Positions 25,283 to 38,300 of a stretch of 64,000 nt of DNA are shown here, in pieces (position 1 is the stretch's first letter; the number at the start of each line of letters is the position of its first letter). Position numbers and translations under genes: made by a program. The DNA comes from Eukaryota sp. TZLM1-RC (Eukaryota; Protista; Metamonada: BaSk clade). A model generated the notes under the pieces. That model searched no databases and was not told the origin of the DNA. It was given only the letters and a program-made list of their open reading frames with translations. The DNA lies in contig JAUPSS010000010.1 of assembly GCA_040285825.1 (NCBI GenBank), forward strand, positions 1,300,881 through 1,364,880, written 5' to 3'.

Positions 25283-27357
25283 TTTTTTTTACAAAATTTT
25301 AATTTTATTCAAAACCTATAAATCAACATCTAAAAAATCCATCTCTCCCAGAACAAAAACACTAGATGCAACTCTCTCATAGTGAGATCCAAGAGAAAGC
25401 AAAGCATCAGAAACCATCTTCAACATCCCCTTAAAAATAGAAAACACAATTCTATTTTGCCAAAACAATCTGTTGAAATTTCTGCCAGTTCTTCTCTTTA
25501 CAATCATTTCAAAATCATCCAAAAAACGTAAAGCAGTTGGTGCAAGTGAACCAAAAAGGGAAAATACAAATGGATACAAATTGTATTTTGCATGCTGTAG
25601 ACTGGCCAATTTAGACAAAGGTTCATTGTATTTTTTGAATTTAAAATTTTCAGCATTTGAAAGGGGATTATGAATTTCAGAATTAACTAGCCTTTCATTT
25701 GAAGCATTACAAGGATCAACAGACATTACATCCAATAAAATGAAACTTCCATCTAATCCAGGTAATATAACATCACCTCTATTATTCTTATGAAAATCAT
25801 CTTCAGCATCAAACAAATTTGACAACAGAGGTTCCAAGAAGGATTCAATTCTATGAGATTTACACATACAATATAACTGGTCTCTTACAGCATCATGAAC
25901 CTTGCTTCTAAAAGTAATAAAATGTTTACAATTTAACAAATGAGTAGTTGTTATTTCTCGAGAACATTTACATATTAAATTATGAGGTAAATTATCAGGC
26001 CAGATAAAGGAACGAAATCTCATATTCAGAGTCCAAGCAGAATCGGATAAGAGAGTACCATAAACTTGTGGAATTGTTGTTACTAAGGCAGAAGAAGTAC
26101 TGTCACACAAATCTTGTAAAAGATTTGCAAAAGCGGGATTCTTTTTCTTCGCCAAGCCAAGTCTAACATCAAAATCCAAGCTTTCAAAAATCTTTGACAA
26201 TTTTTGTTGAAGCTTTTTACAGCAAAACTGTAAATTAAAAAGAGATCGGTTTGGAATTTCTTGAATTGATTGAGGAAAACATTTGGTCCAAATTTGTGGC
26301 GGCAATTTTTCAAGTTCACAAGATAACTCATACAAATAAGGACTGCAATTGGGAACTAACAGATGAGAATCATCAGGAAATCTACGAGAAAATTCATAAA
26401 TAAAATTTTTGCCACCACCCAAGAATGCTGATTGACACAAAATTGAAGATTTAGTAAATCCAATACCACCCAAATTTGCTGAAGAAAAGAAATGGCTTTT
26501 CAACATTCCTGGATCTACATCCAATAAATCAGCAAAAAATTCTGTTCTCAATGAATTAAATGAACGACAAAAATCTAATGCTATGGAAGGACCACAAGAT
26601 CTCAAAATGTTGGTCATTCTCCCAGTGTAGCAAATTTTAAGCATGAAAAATTTAATATGTTTTTCTATATCTAAAGAATAAATTGAATCAAGTTCAATTT
26701 TCATTTTTTCCAAAATAACTTGTAATTCATTCTGAATTTGAGGCACGTTTCCTAACCAACAACCAAGGAACTTAAAAGCATCACTACTATAATTAGTAAA
26801 AGGGACAATAGAATCGTTTATCACGAGATCTTGAGCAGAAGATCCAATCAGAAGGCATTTGCTGGCATTAAGATGAAGCCCAATATTTTCATATGAATCG
26901 CCAATTTCTTGAGCAACCAATTCCAGTAAATCAAATGAACCAATCAAGGATATATCATCCATATAAGCAACTATTTTTATAGAAGGGTATGTTTGCTTAA
27001 TGATATTTTAAAGTTTTGTGAATAGCTAAACAAAACAATAACGGGCCTAAAGGATCACCTTGCTTCACACCAGAAGATGATTTAAGACCAAATGAATTAA
27101 AAATTAAATCCGATTCTTTCCCATAAAAATGGTAGAAAAAACTCGATAGCTCAAAAAAATCAGATTTAATAACTTCAAAAATTGCTTCTCGCTTTACAGA
27201 ATTAAAGGCATTTTTAAAGTCGAGATTAAAAATAAAATTGTTTTCCTCTGCATTAAAAAAGGTATCAGAGGCAATAGCAGCAACAGAAGCACCATCAATT
27301 GTTTTGATTCCAAATTGATGAGGATTCAAAAATGTAGAAGCTTTGTCTTTGACACGA
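25283..27357 (-). mobile_element. 5'-truncated CRE-like element family 4 (RT-CCHC-RLE)
   Basis: DFKNAFNS, GVKQGDPLGP, YMDD, C-C..H..C, RGD..DV; poly(A); TSD TTAGTTCTTAGT at 25271-25282 and 27358-27369. Confidence 0.92.
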
Positions 27358-27544
27358 TTAGTTCTTAGTAGTTATAGTTATTTAGTTATTTGTTTATAGT
27401 TTTAGTTTCATATTCATACAAGCTGATTTATTTTGAAAAAAGGAAGAAGCAGTGTTGGCGCCCCAAGGCTTACATAATATGATTAGAATATAAATCAATT
27501 TTTCCTAATTGACTTTTCTTTACTACAATAGACTTTAGACAACA

Positions 27545-27870
27545 CATATAAGCAACAATAAACAATTCGGGTTATAACCAGTTGGACACTTTGAAGAAGT
27601 ATTTCTGTAGTCCACTTAACATACTGTGTCAAATATTTCTCTTCCAGCAATTTCTCCAAATGATCGATTCAAAAAATTAATCTCCAAAGTCATGGCCATT
27701 TCAGCGTTATTGAGGAGTGTTTAGTTTGGTAACAAACCAAAACATATTGTGAAGAATTTGCTTACTCAACATAAATGAACTCCATTCAAAGATTATATTC
27801 AAACAGAATGTAGTTTTCTCTGCTAATTTTTCAACAAATACTTGATACAGTTAAACTTGGTATTTTTATT
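27545..27870 (-). mobile_element. CRE-like fragment upstream of YMDD (left half of the target split by B)
   Basis: YNPNCLLLLI/AY context; rejoining the flanks restores ATCATCCATATAAGC (YMDD). Confidence 0.6.
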
Positions 27871-28089
27871 TTTATCAAGTCTGACTTGGCCAGGTTAGTA
27901 CTAAAAAACCCGCTTTCGAAATTTCAAAGACATTCGTAATAGTTCTGCTGCTGCGGTAGTTACTCAAATTTCCCTTCTTTATGGACTTCTTCTGAAAAAC
28001 AACGAGTGGCTTTTGAACATGCGTTTTCGTTGTTTTTTTGTGGTTAAAAAATTTGCCCAATCATTTAATTATTAAATTTGGAAAGTCTC

Positions 28090-28502
28090 CATTGTTTACT
28101 CATCTTTTGAACTGTAAACATTTTATTACATTTGGAAGTAAAGTACACAGTAATGTCAGGGACCAGCTTTGTGTAATGTGCAAATTTGATCGAGTAGATT
28201 CCTTTTTGGAACTATTATTATCAAAGTTCATTCTTGAAAACCCCAACATTGACAGTACTCGTTATAATAGAGCTTCTATGGGACTGTCAGGAAGTGATCT
28301 CTCTGTTCCTGGCTTAAATGGAAGCTTCACCATTTCAGATGCCATGTCTACGGACCCCGTGAATTCTAAACAACATTTTATCAATTTTGTTGTCAATAAT
28401 CTCCTTCTTACATTCCTGATTCAGCATTTTTTTAGTCGTTTTTCAGAATCTTTACTAATTAACTGTTTTGATGTAGAAGAGGCAGGTTTTGAGAAAGATT
28501 AG
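28090..28502 (+). mobile_element. Degenerate CRE family 2 3' fragment
   Basis: FTHLLNCKHF..RDQL..RASMGL, near-copy of 19700-20000. Confidence 0.75.
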
Positions 28503-29359
28503 CTTTAATTGTGTAATTGAAATTTCTATTTCTTCTCGTTGTTTAATATAAATTTAGTATAGTTCTATTGAAATTAGATTAAACTTATCTCTTCAATGCA
28601 GATAAGTTTCAAAAAAATGCCTTGTTTTTTTTGCATTTTACAAGATTTGGATTTATCAAATTATATGTCCATACACTGCTATTTTTTTGCAATCCGATTA
28701 TTGTATTGCTGAACCTGTGTTGGCCCACACTCGTTAGAATCAATAGTTATGGTATTCACAATTATTACCTGTTGTCATGTCAGTGGTGATTTAATTAGTT
28801 TTTTCTAAAATTTTCCTTGATGATTCGACCAACTAATGATAGTTCTTTTCGAATTTGTGTTGTCGTTTGAAAAACATTTCAAATACGTAAAGGCCCAGCA
28901 GATATTGATGGGTTATTTGCAGTCTTTGTTCTTAACAATCCAGAGACATTGTTTTTGGTTATGGGGAAATATTATAAAGCAATTTCACAAAAGGTGCATT
29001 TTAAAATTGAATGTGAAAATATCACTTTTTATTTCCATGTTCAATTTAAGTGTAATTCACAATATCTGAGTATGTATCTCTTGTTCAATTGTGCGCAAGC
29101 TGTTTCAATTGAACTATACTTCATTATCACTCTGAAATATACTGTTAATGTGAAACCTTAATTGATTAATTACAAGTTACTTGAACAAATCAATTCCAAG
29201 TTAATATCATTGATTGAATTGTTCAGTTGAAGATATAGAATATTTATGTAATTGACTTATGATTAAAAGATAAATATATAAAAGTTTTTATCAATTTTAA
29301 CAAAAACAATAAATTTACCATTATGTACAAAAATTGCAAAATACTAAACAGCACAAAAC

Positions 29360-32300
29360 TCACACAGTAAAAGACACTATGATAACTATTGCGGCAAATA
29401 GACAGAGATAGCGGTCAATTTTCTTCAAAAACAAACCCATTACTAAAAATGAAATGACCTTTAATTTCACAAAATAGAAATAAGGAATTAAAATGTCAGT
29501 AAGATATATAGAGACAATAAAAATAAGTCCAACGAAATGAGTGGATTTAAAGCATAATAGCGAAATAAACAAAATGATAGCAATTGATAGACCTAAATAA
29601 ACGAAAAAACTTAGATCAAACTGAGGCAAAAGAGAGAAAAAACTCAAGAAATAAAGCATAAAAGAGTACTCAGCAATTTCAAAACGACAAAGCTTGAGAT
29701 GTTTCCCATATAATATAAACAAAAAAACGTAAAATATTAAGTAAGTTAGCAAGAAAATAATCAAAATACTTGTTGGACATGAAAAACCTGGGAAAATTAA
29801 ACAACAACGGGAAACAATAATAGAAAGTAATCCAGTAAGACCATAATAAGACAGCTCAGCAACCACAAGGAAGACAACAAAAATAGAAAATAATGGTTTT
29901 TTGAGAAATTTATTCAAAACCTTTTGTGGAACATTCCTTTTAAATATAGGAGCAGTTCCTATCATGTCAATATTAAATTTTTTAATCCCCCGATAATAAA
30001 ACTCGGCAAAAATAAAAACAAATGTCAAACTCAAAACAGTTGTAATAGCGATTAAATAATTGGTTGTTGATCGTTCAATACATTCAGTTCCAAAAGCATC
30101 AAATCCTTCCTCACAATCTAAACAATGCTCCCCTTTATGACCTTGAATACAAGTATTATTTCTGCATAAATGGCGGAGAACACATTCAAAGGGTAGAAAC
30201 TCACTTGAAAAAAGAAAACCATCTTGGAAAGAATTGATGTGACCGTATTCGCAAGTAGTTTTGTCAGGACAGCTGACACACTCTCCATCAATTTCCACAA
30301 AATTCCGTTGACAAACACAATCATCAAGACTAGAAGACCCTTCATTAAAAGTGATTCTTCCCAGTGGACATTGCTGGCACTGTTGCTCAGTTCTGGGGTC
30401 TGAAAAAGTGTTTCGTGGACATTTATCACATGATTGAGCGGAATTGAGTGCATACCCAGGAGCACATATACAATCTCCATTATTAAAAACCATTGGAAAA
30501 ACACAGTCAACAGAAGTCAGCTGAATGGAATAACTGAGATCATCTAAAGAGAAAATCAAATCAAAATCAATTAACGGGGGAGTAACAACTTCTAACCCCG
30601 ACTGTGTTTTGAATATTTGGAATTCCTCAAAATTATGACTAGAAGAGCTCACTGACACATCATCCACCATAAATGTGTAGGTATAAAAAGACAAGGACTT
30701 GTACAAAAACATTGTAAATTCCAAGTAAAACTCAGTACATGTGAAAGTACCAAAATGAGCATTATGACAAGGCGAAATTTTCAGCAAATCTACAGTAAAA
30801 AATGTACGAACCTGCTGGTGTAGCTCAAAAAGCCACGAACCAACCTGAGTTGATCCAGAAACAGCATAGTAAACGTCCTGAATTCCCAAAGATTGAAATG
30901 ACTTGATGAAAATTAAACACTGAATAGCTGTACAGTTTTCTACATCAATATCGAGTGAAGAGTGTACGATGGACACGTCAATTCCTTTGCAGGAAGTTAC
31001 AAAACCAAAAACATCTTTACATTCAACATCAACGGTAATGGATTCATTGGTAAATGTTATTTCAAAGGTGAAGAAATCCAATGTTACAGGAGCTTGGACA
31101 TCGTAATTTAAGGTAAGAGATTGTTCAGGAAAGTAACAATCTTCAGCAAACACAAGCGTTTCAAAAGAAACATTACTAATTTCTTCTGATATTCCCAATG
31201 AAACATTTGATAAAAATGAAGAGTAATCTGAGAAGAAGTAGTTATTGTAAACAATAACAGAATTAATATCAACATGATTACCAGTTGAAGTAACACCCAA
31301 TTCTGCATTGTGAGGAACAAGACAAACGTAAGGGTTAAAGCCATTCACTTCAATTTCTAATAGGTAGACATCTTGAGCAGCCAACAATTCCAATGATTCC
31401 ACTACTACCAACTCTGAAAACAAAGTAATACATTGTGAAGCAAACCCAAATCCATTTGGGATCGAATGACAAGACCAATCTGAATATAAATGTAAAATTT
31501 CAAGTGGGGAAGTTGTTCTACTAGCTGAGGTACAGTCAGAATCAACAGTGATTGTAATATATCTAACGTCAAGTTCACCATCAAAATTGATTGATAATGT
31601 AGAATTTGATGGGAAATAGATCGAACAATCATTGAGAGGTCCAGAACAACAGCGAACACCATCAACTATTGCCTTTCCATCACCATAATAGTGAGAAAAA
31701 CCTAAATTTGAAGGTCCAAGCTTAACCAAGGATGGATCATTAGAAACATAACAATCATCACTGAAAACAGGTTCCACATCAACTATTATGGAATCCAAAA
31801 CATTTGAAGAAGAGTCAACGATAGCAAGGTTTGTGGTTGGTTGAATTCTGACAGTTTGAGCATCCTTGCAACAAATTTTGTCATTGTCTACAAACGTCAA
31901 GAAATAAACATCATCAATAATGCACCTTAACCCAAAACCAGAAACATAATAGTCAACATACATGCAAAAATCCACTGAAGAAATAGGCGACAGGGATTCA
32001 CCCATAGATTCTAGTGATAAACGATGTACAGTAAAATTAGACACATTGACTTCATAGTCTACAAATAAAGGGGAATTCCAATAAAGTTCAAAAAGAAAAC
32101 TTCCTGAACTATTGACCCGAGGAAGCTCCAATGAAACAAAAGTTAATGAATCTTGATAAGAGATACTGTGAATAGTGGCAGGGAGGTTTAAACCAACCCA
32201 TTGAAAACTACCTTGAGATATGAAATTTTCAACAGAAACATCAACAGTAACATTTTCATAGTAGAAGAGCTCAAGAGGACTAATGACCTGAAATATAGGC

Positions 32301-35300
32301 TCAGGCAAAACGTAGACCTGAAAATCTGTGGTCATGGTATTATCGCCTTCACTTAGACTTAAGCTTAGTTCAAAGTTCCCAGTAGCAGAAAACTCAACCA
32401 AAACACTCAATTCAGAGTTTAAAATTGAAGTATCTCCCACAATACACAATGGGGAATGGCAATCTAAGTTAAAAACACCACTCAAACCATCAGGAACTGG
32501 AATAGAGGCTATTGATCTCACATTTACAAACAATAGAGTAGGTTGTATCTCAAAAGAGTCAATGCAATCTACCAAAACAAGACGGGAATTAGAACCATCT
32601 CCTACTTGAATAGTGACTGGGCATTCATTAAGTGTTTCAAGGTTGAGAAAGTTGAAGCCAGGGTTAATTAGAAAATTCAATGTAGAAATTTCTATTTGAA
32701 CACTTGATGGAGAGTCAAAGAAAAGATGAGCTCTACTATTGGTGAAGAAAGTGGGCAAATCAAGCGGATCCAAAATTTCAATAGTGATATCTGTTTCAGA
32801 ACTACTTAGGATACTACGAGTTGATAGTTGATATGAACCAATCAAAAGCTCTGTTACACAAGCAGATACAGTAATTGCATCAACTTTACTAGTTGTAATA
32901 GAAAAATCTGAAATGGCAAAAGAGTTGTCGAAATTGAGATAATTATTGAAATTAGTTCCAGTAATTTCAACACAAGTTGTTGTGGTAGGGCCAAAATACA
33001 TTACCCTAGAAGGTGAGATGGAGATAACTTCTGCAATATCAGGAAAGTTTGAAATAGAAAAACAAGAAATAGATACATTTGAACACAATTCCAGATCAGC
33101 TTTTGTGGTAAAAGGAAGAAATATTACTTCAGAATAGTTAGAATGTCCAATATAACTAACAATTCGCATTGAGGAATCTTCCTTAACCTGGGGGTAGAGG
33201 GTCGTAAAGTCTAGTTCCCCTTCAACAGTAGCGAGTAAAACATTGCATTCGGTATCTACAAAGCAAACTCCTTCAATGGGAAAAGCTTCAATATTGGCGA
33301 TCCTAATGGAAAAAGACTCATTAATAGTTGGAATAAAAGAAACTGTACAATCAACAATTTCAGTTAATTCATCTAATTGATAGATACCAATAGAAATACG
33401 GTCAAAATGATCACGACTAGGTTCAAAATACACCAAACCATCACTACAAATGACGTCAGCATGTTGTAAGCACCCACTTTCAAATAATTTACTAAAAGAA
33501 TTTCCTTCTATGGTGATCATACCACCAGAATTTGGCAAGATACTAGGAAACACCTTAAACGAAGGAGCAATCAATTCTACTTCAACAAAGTTACTAAATT
33601 GGTTTCCAATAACTACTGCGATGTTTAACTTTGGGCTAAATGTACAAACAAATATTAACCGTAAAATTGCATAATTATAAGAAACAGTGAAAGGTTCAAA
33701 GTCAAATGAAGTATTCGATATATACAAATCAAAATTGAGTAAATCACCCAAATTAAACCCAGAAACCACAATATCAGATGAAAAGGGAACCAATGGTGGG
33801 GATAGTGAACTAATGACTGGAATTTGATAGCAAAACTCAAACTCGGTATTAGGTCTACTGGTAGGATAAAAAGTCACGTTATGACATCCTGAAAACAAAG
33901 GTACATCGAAAGTTATAGAATAATGGTCAAAATCAACAGAATTCAAAGTAATGTTGAGCAAATCAACAGTAACGTAAATAGGGTGAAGAGAAGAACCAAA
34001 ATTAACACCTGAAAAAATAACGGGGCCACCAATTGTTGGCGGTTTAGAGGATTCCATAATGGTAAAAGGACAAAGACTAACTTGAAAAGAAGTCAATACG
34101 AATTGATTGTTAACAGTAAAATTGAACAAAATTGAGTTAAATTGTTCGTCAACACCCCAAATATTTGAGAGTAAGAGATCAAATTTTTGACCGTCTTTAT
34201 AGAGATCAAAATGTTGAGTGCCAACCACTTCCACATCCAAGTAATCATTAACAGACCAAGCATAATCAAAAGGGATAATTATTCGACAATTCTCAGTTGG
34301 ACAGCAGGAACTACCATAGTTAATATCAACATCAAACACCTGCTCATCTTGAAATATATAAGGATCAGCTCCAGCAAACAAAGAATTTGACTCTGAAACA
34401 TTGGAAATGACACACAATTGACCAGTGTTGAAGTTAAAAGTACTTCCATCTGAAACTAATTCATCAATTAAGAGAAAGGGTTCAAGGTTATGAAAGCTAA
34501 ATTCAGAGTTCAAAGCATGCACTTGAACCATCGATACAATAGCAGGAACATCAGAAACAGTAAACTTTGAATTCTCACAATAGATGTTGTGAATGGAAAA
34601 TAAGGAAGATTTAATTTCAATTAGTAGCGTAGAATTGTACAAATCAACAATTACAAGCTCAGTAATGGCAGAGAAAATATGTACAATGGAGGTGAAAACA
34701 TTGATTGAATCAAAAGTAAATGTTGAAAAAGAGTCGAAAACTAACAAACCATTGTCAAGTGACAACATATTCAAAGGACTTGTCCAAAATCCACTAACGT
34801 AAACCTCTGCGTTTTCCATTAAAATCAATCCCAAATCGGAAGTGAGGTTTGAATTATGAAGAAAATAGGCAATTGAATTGATGAACATGAGGGCATCAGC
34901 TTCGAAAAACACAAATGAATAAATAGTGAGTTCATTGGAAAATAGATTTGAGGAACCCTTGTTCAATGTGAGATCACCTTGCACATCCACAGTCCATTCA
35001 AAAACAGAATTATTACATGAAATAGAATTACGAAATAACAAACTATTGTCACAGGAACCACTACTGAGAAAAGAAGCATTATTTAAATAACATGGCCCAA
35101 AAACTTCAACTGTTGAGCCAAAAGAACCAGAAACTTCAATTTCCATAAAACTGGTATTGTTGTTGAATTCAATTGAGGAAGAATCTAAATAAAAAGAACT
35201 CTGGGAAAAAATGACATCTGGTTTGATTAAAAGTTTGTGTTGATCTCTAATTTGATTGATATAGTTAGTTTCACCATTAATCACATGACAGCTTTCAGTA

Positions 35301-38300
35301 CATTTAGTTTGGGAATTACCAGTAAAAGTTGTACCTGAAAAACTCAACTCTCCGACTATTAAAATTCCATTACCTTTTCGAGTTGATGAGAGGAGATAAA
35401 CATCACTAAAAGTATAAATAGTATCTGAGTTTGTTAAATCCAAGTCTGAACTATCAAGAACAAAATCTGCAGAAATGATGAGATCATCCTCATAATTGAA
35501 TTCAATATTACCATTATTTGAACTGAAACCACTTAAAGAATCTAGCTTAGTATTAAAAAATGAAGCACTAGATGTAGATTCAGAGTTAATAGTAAAACTA
35601 CTTGCCTTTAAATCACCATTATTAAAGGTAACAGATCCTTCTTGGAGTTCAATTGAGTCAATGTCAATACTTTCAAAAGTGTCATCATAGTCAAAAGTAA
35701 CGTGACCAGTTTCTATTTTGAGCAAGTCTAATAATTTAAATTCAGCACCATCAAAACTTAATTCATTGTCAGTTTTAACAATAAAATCACCAGTATCCAC
35801 CTTTGAACCAGAAGTAAACGTCAACTTTCCATGTGAGTGAGTGATGGAACCAATTCCTGTATAAGTACCTTCAATTGATAATTCAATAGGTTCCTGTAAA
35901 GTTAGCGTATTTGGATGAACTTCAAGCTTGGAATTTTCGTTAAATGTATAAGAATCTCCTTTGAAAATAGCTTCACCACCATCTAAAACCTTTAAAGTTC
36001 CACCAATGGTATTATCTACATCTAATTCTAATTTACCAATTACATTAATAGTGCCTTGTAAATCAAATAAATCCTCAATTACCAAAGTACCTTCTTCCTC
36101 TATATTAAGTGTACCCAATATTTGGAAATCTGTTTTGGATGAGGTTGAAACAATAAGTGTAGAATCGAGTTGGAAAACCAAATCTAAAGGTAAAATAAAT
36201 TGTCCATCTAATATTTCCAACTTGGCATTTCCAGAACTAATTTGACCTCCACTATTAAATGTAAGCTTATGAAGGTCACTTATTTTGTTGTTATTAGGGG
36301 AATGATCTAAAATTTGACAATTTTCATTACAAATTGTTTCACCACTTTCAGCAAATTCACTATTGGCAATTGACAAACTCTTAGCTACCAAATTACCAGC
36401 ACCATTTCTAGTAGAATCTATTAATTTTACATCATCACAGTTATAATTAACAGAATTTTTCAAAGTTAGCTCGGAATTTTCCAAGTCAACATCAAAAGCT
36501 ATGTCAAAATCATCATCATATTCCAAAGTTAAATGACCCTTTATGGACGTGAAACCACTTAAAGAATCTAGCTTTGTATTAAAAAATGAAGCACTAGCTG
36601 TAGATTCAGAGTTAATAGTAAAACTACTTGCCTTTAAATCACCATTATTAAAGGTAACAGATCCTTCTTGGAGTTCAATTGAGTCAATGTCAATACTTTC
36701 AAAAGTGTCATCATAGTCAAAAGTAACGTGACCAGTTTCTATTTCTAGCGAGTGTAATGATTTAAATTCAGCACCATCAAAAGTTAATTCATTGTCAGTT
36801 TTAACAATAAAATCACCGGTATCCACCTTTGAACCAGAAGTAAACGTCAACTTTCCATGTGAGTGAGTGATGGAAACAAATCCTTTATAAGTACCTTCAA
36901 TTGATAATTCAATAGGTTCCTGTAAAGTTAGCGTATTTGGATGAACTTCAAGCTTGGAATTTTCGTTAAATGTATAAGAATCTCCTTTCAAAATAGCTTC
37001 ACCACCATCTAAAACCTTTAAAGTTCCACCAATGGTATTATCTACATCTAATTCCAATTTACCATTTACATTGATAGTGCCTTGTAAATCAAATAAATTC
37101 TCAATTACCAAAATACCTTCTTCCTCTATATTAAGTGTACCCAATATTTGGAAATCTGTTTTGGATGAGGTTGAAACAGTAAGTGTAGAATCGAGTTGGA
37201 AAACTAAATCTAAAGGTAAAATAAATTGTCCATCTAATATTTCCAATTTGGCATTTCCAGAACTAATTTGACCTCCACTATTAAATGTAAGCTTATGAAG
37301 GTCACTTATTTTGTTATTATTAAGGGAATGATCTAAAATTTGACAATTTTCATTACAAATTGTTTCACCACTTTCAGCAAATTCACTATTGGCAATTGAC
37401 AAACTCTTAGCTACCAAATTACCAGCACCATTTCTAGTAGAATCTATTAATTTTACATCATCACAGTTATAATTAACAGAATTTTTCAAAGTTAGCTCGG
37501 AATTTTCCAAGTCAACATCAAAAGCTATGTCAAAATCATCATCATATTCCAAAGTTAAATGACCCTTTATGGACGTGAAGCCAGTTAAAGAATCTAGCTT
37601 AGTATTAAAAAATGAAGCACTAGATGTAGATTCAGAGTTAATAGTAAAACTACTTGCCTTTAAATCACCATTATTAAAGGTAACAGATCCTTCTTGGAGT
37701 TCAATTGAGTCAATGTCAATACTTTCAAAAGTGTCATCATAGTCAAAAGTAACGTGACCAGTTTCTATTTTGAGCAAGTCTAATGATTTAAATTCAGCAC
37801 CATCAAAACTTAATTCATTGTCAGTTTTAACAATAAAATCACCAGTATCCACCTTTGAACCAGAAGTAAACGTCAACTTTCCATGTGAGTGAGTGATGGA
37901 ACCAATTCCTGTATAAGTACCTTCAATTGATAATTCAATAGGTTCCTGTAAAGTTAGCGTATTTGGATGAACTTCAAGCTTGGAATTTTCGTTAAATGTA
38001 TAAGAATCTCCTTTCAAAATAGCTTCACCACCATCTGAAACCTTTAAAGTTCCACCAATGGTATTATCTACATCTAATTCCAATTTACCATTTACAATGA
38101 TAGTGCCTTGTAAATCAAATAAATCCTCAATTACCAAAGTACCTTCTTCCTCTATATTAAGTGTACCCAATATTTGGAAATCTGTATCGGATGAGGTTGA
38201 AACAATAAGTGTAGAATCGAGTTGGAAAACCAAATCTAAAGGTAAAATAAATTGTCCATCTAATATTTCCAACTTGGCATTTCCAGAACTAATTTGACCT

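Larger units (their letters stand above)
22306..27544 (+). mobile_element. Internally deleted Ty3/gypsy element B (related to C), hosting hAT and CRE insertions
   Basis: 92-bp LTRs at 22306-22397 and 27453-27544 (about 5 mismatches); TSD CATG/CATA; PPT; gag start 22482 (MSDISEKDISD) homologous to C; no pol. Confidence 0.88.
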
